Shown here piece after piece: positions 24,556 to 25,127 of a stretch of 25,127 nt of DNA. The position numbers and the translations under genes were made by a program. Source of the stretch: Archangiaceae bacterium (GTDB lineage: Bacteria > Myxococcota > Myxococcia > Myxococcales > Myxococcaceae); NCBI GenBank assembly GCA_043750125.1, contig JAYVCD010000215.1, positions 1-25,127 of the forward strand. Direction: 5' to 3'. How positions within the stretch are numbered: the stretch's first letter is position 1; every line of letters starts with the position of its first letter. Below the pieces are notes generated by a model. The model ran no database searches. It was not told the DNA's origin and worked only from the letters and a program-made list of their open reading frames with translations.

Positions 24556-25127
24556 TTGTCCCGCTCAAGCCCCAGGCTGCTGCACCTCACCCTCCTCACC
24601 CTCCTCACCCTCCTCGCGCTCTGCGCGTCCTGCTCGGGCCGCGGCAAGCCAGCGGAGCCTGCGCGCCTCGACGCGATCGTGCCGGGTTGGGGCTTCAACG
24701 GCGAGAGCGCGGACGTCGAGCTGCAGGGAGCCCAGTTCACTCCGCTCGCGACGCTGCACTTCGGGATCGCAACGGGGGACGTGTCGGTCGACGATCGCTT
24801 CCTCGTCTTCCTCGGTGCAACCCAGCTCGACGGCGTGACCTGGCAGAACGCACGCACCCTAAGGGCGGTCGTGCCGGCAGGACTGCCGGTGGGAATCTAC
24901 GACGCCCGCATCGTCGACCCCTATGGCGTCGAGGCGTCGCGGGCAGGTGCCTTCGAAGTGCGCCAGCGCACCGATGCGGGGATCGACGCTGGTTCCGATG
25001 CAGGTCGCGACGCGGGTAGCGTTGATGGCGGCACAGCCGAGCTCTGCGCCAACCGCGTCGATGACGACGGCGACCTGCTCGTCGATTGTGCGGACCCCGA
25101 CTGCCCGGTGGGCACTGCGTGCGACGA
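24556..25127 (+). CDS. 5' part of a myxobacterial surface lipoprotein (IPT/TIG-like domain, DAG linker, Cys/Asp-rich motif); runs off the window and is absent from the ORF track
   Basis: Frame +1 is open to the end of the window: LSRSSPRLLHLTLLTLLTLLALCASC-SGRGKPAEPARLDAIVPGWG…VELQGAQF…TLRAVVPAGLPVGIYDARIVDPYG…DAGIDAGSDAGRDAG…ELCANRVDDDGDLLVDCADPDC. The start could be TTG 24556, TTG 24508 or GTG 24499. Confidence 0.85.
   Translation, partial: MSRSSPRLLHLTLLTLLTLLALCASCSGRGKPAEPARLDAIVPGWGFNGESADVELQGAQFTPLATLHFGIATGDVSVDDRFLVFLGATQLDGVTWQNARTLRAVVPAGLPVGIYDARIVDPYGVEASRAGAFEVRQRTDAGIDAGSDAGRDAGSVDGGTAELCANRVDDDGDLLVDCADPDCPVGTACD
24586..24612 (+). repeat. 9-bp tandem repeat (CTCACCCTC)x3 within a signal-peptide coding region
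   Basis: Three perfect copies encoding LTL-LTL-LTL. Confidence 0.9.

Noticed and set aside
24459-25019. 186-aa ORF from the track
   Set aside because: Wrong frame. The overlapping +1 frame has a signal peptide, recognisable domains and proper codon bias.

Overview
High-GC bacterial DNA that looks myxobacterial (DAG linkers, DDDGDxxVDCADPDC motifs, delta-60 repeats, sigma54 promoters). The left part (1-7703) reads as ordinary chromosome: a LysR regulator divergent from a small membrane protein, a ~1087-aa beta-propeller lipoprotein with a sigma54/IHF-type promoter, rnhA, a Pro/Cys-rich exported protein and an AidB-like acyl-CoA dehydrogenase. An internally deleted ATP-dependent DNA ligase remnant (~7725-7978) opens an accessory-looking block. 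That block holds a PAS/HisKA_2 kinase coupled to a REC-PAS-HK-REC hybrid kinase, an IS91-type transposase scar, and a Wsp/ACF-like chemosensory operon (cheW-cheR(TPR)-cheW-MCP-cheA(REC)-cheB) with no output gene. After it come a ~160-nt highly structured intergenic element and four predicted surface lipoproteins. The most interesting is a putative LAS/M15-like Zn peptidoglycan peptidase fused to seven 42-aa 'AFQANT' repeats. All family assignments come from motif recognition by eye, not database searches.
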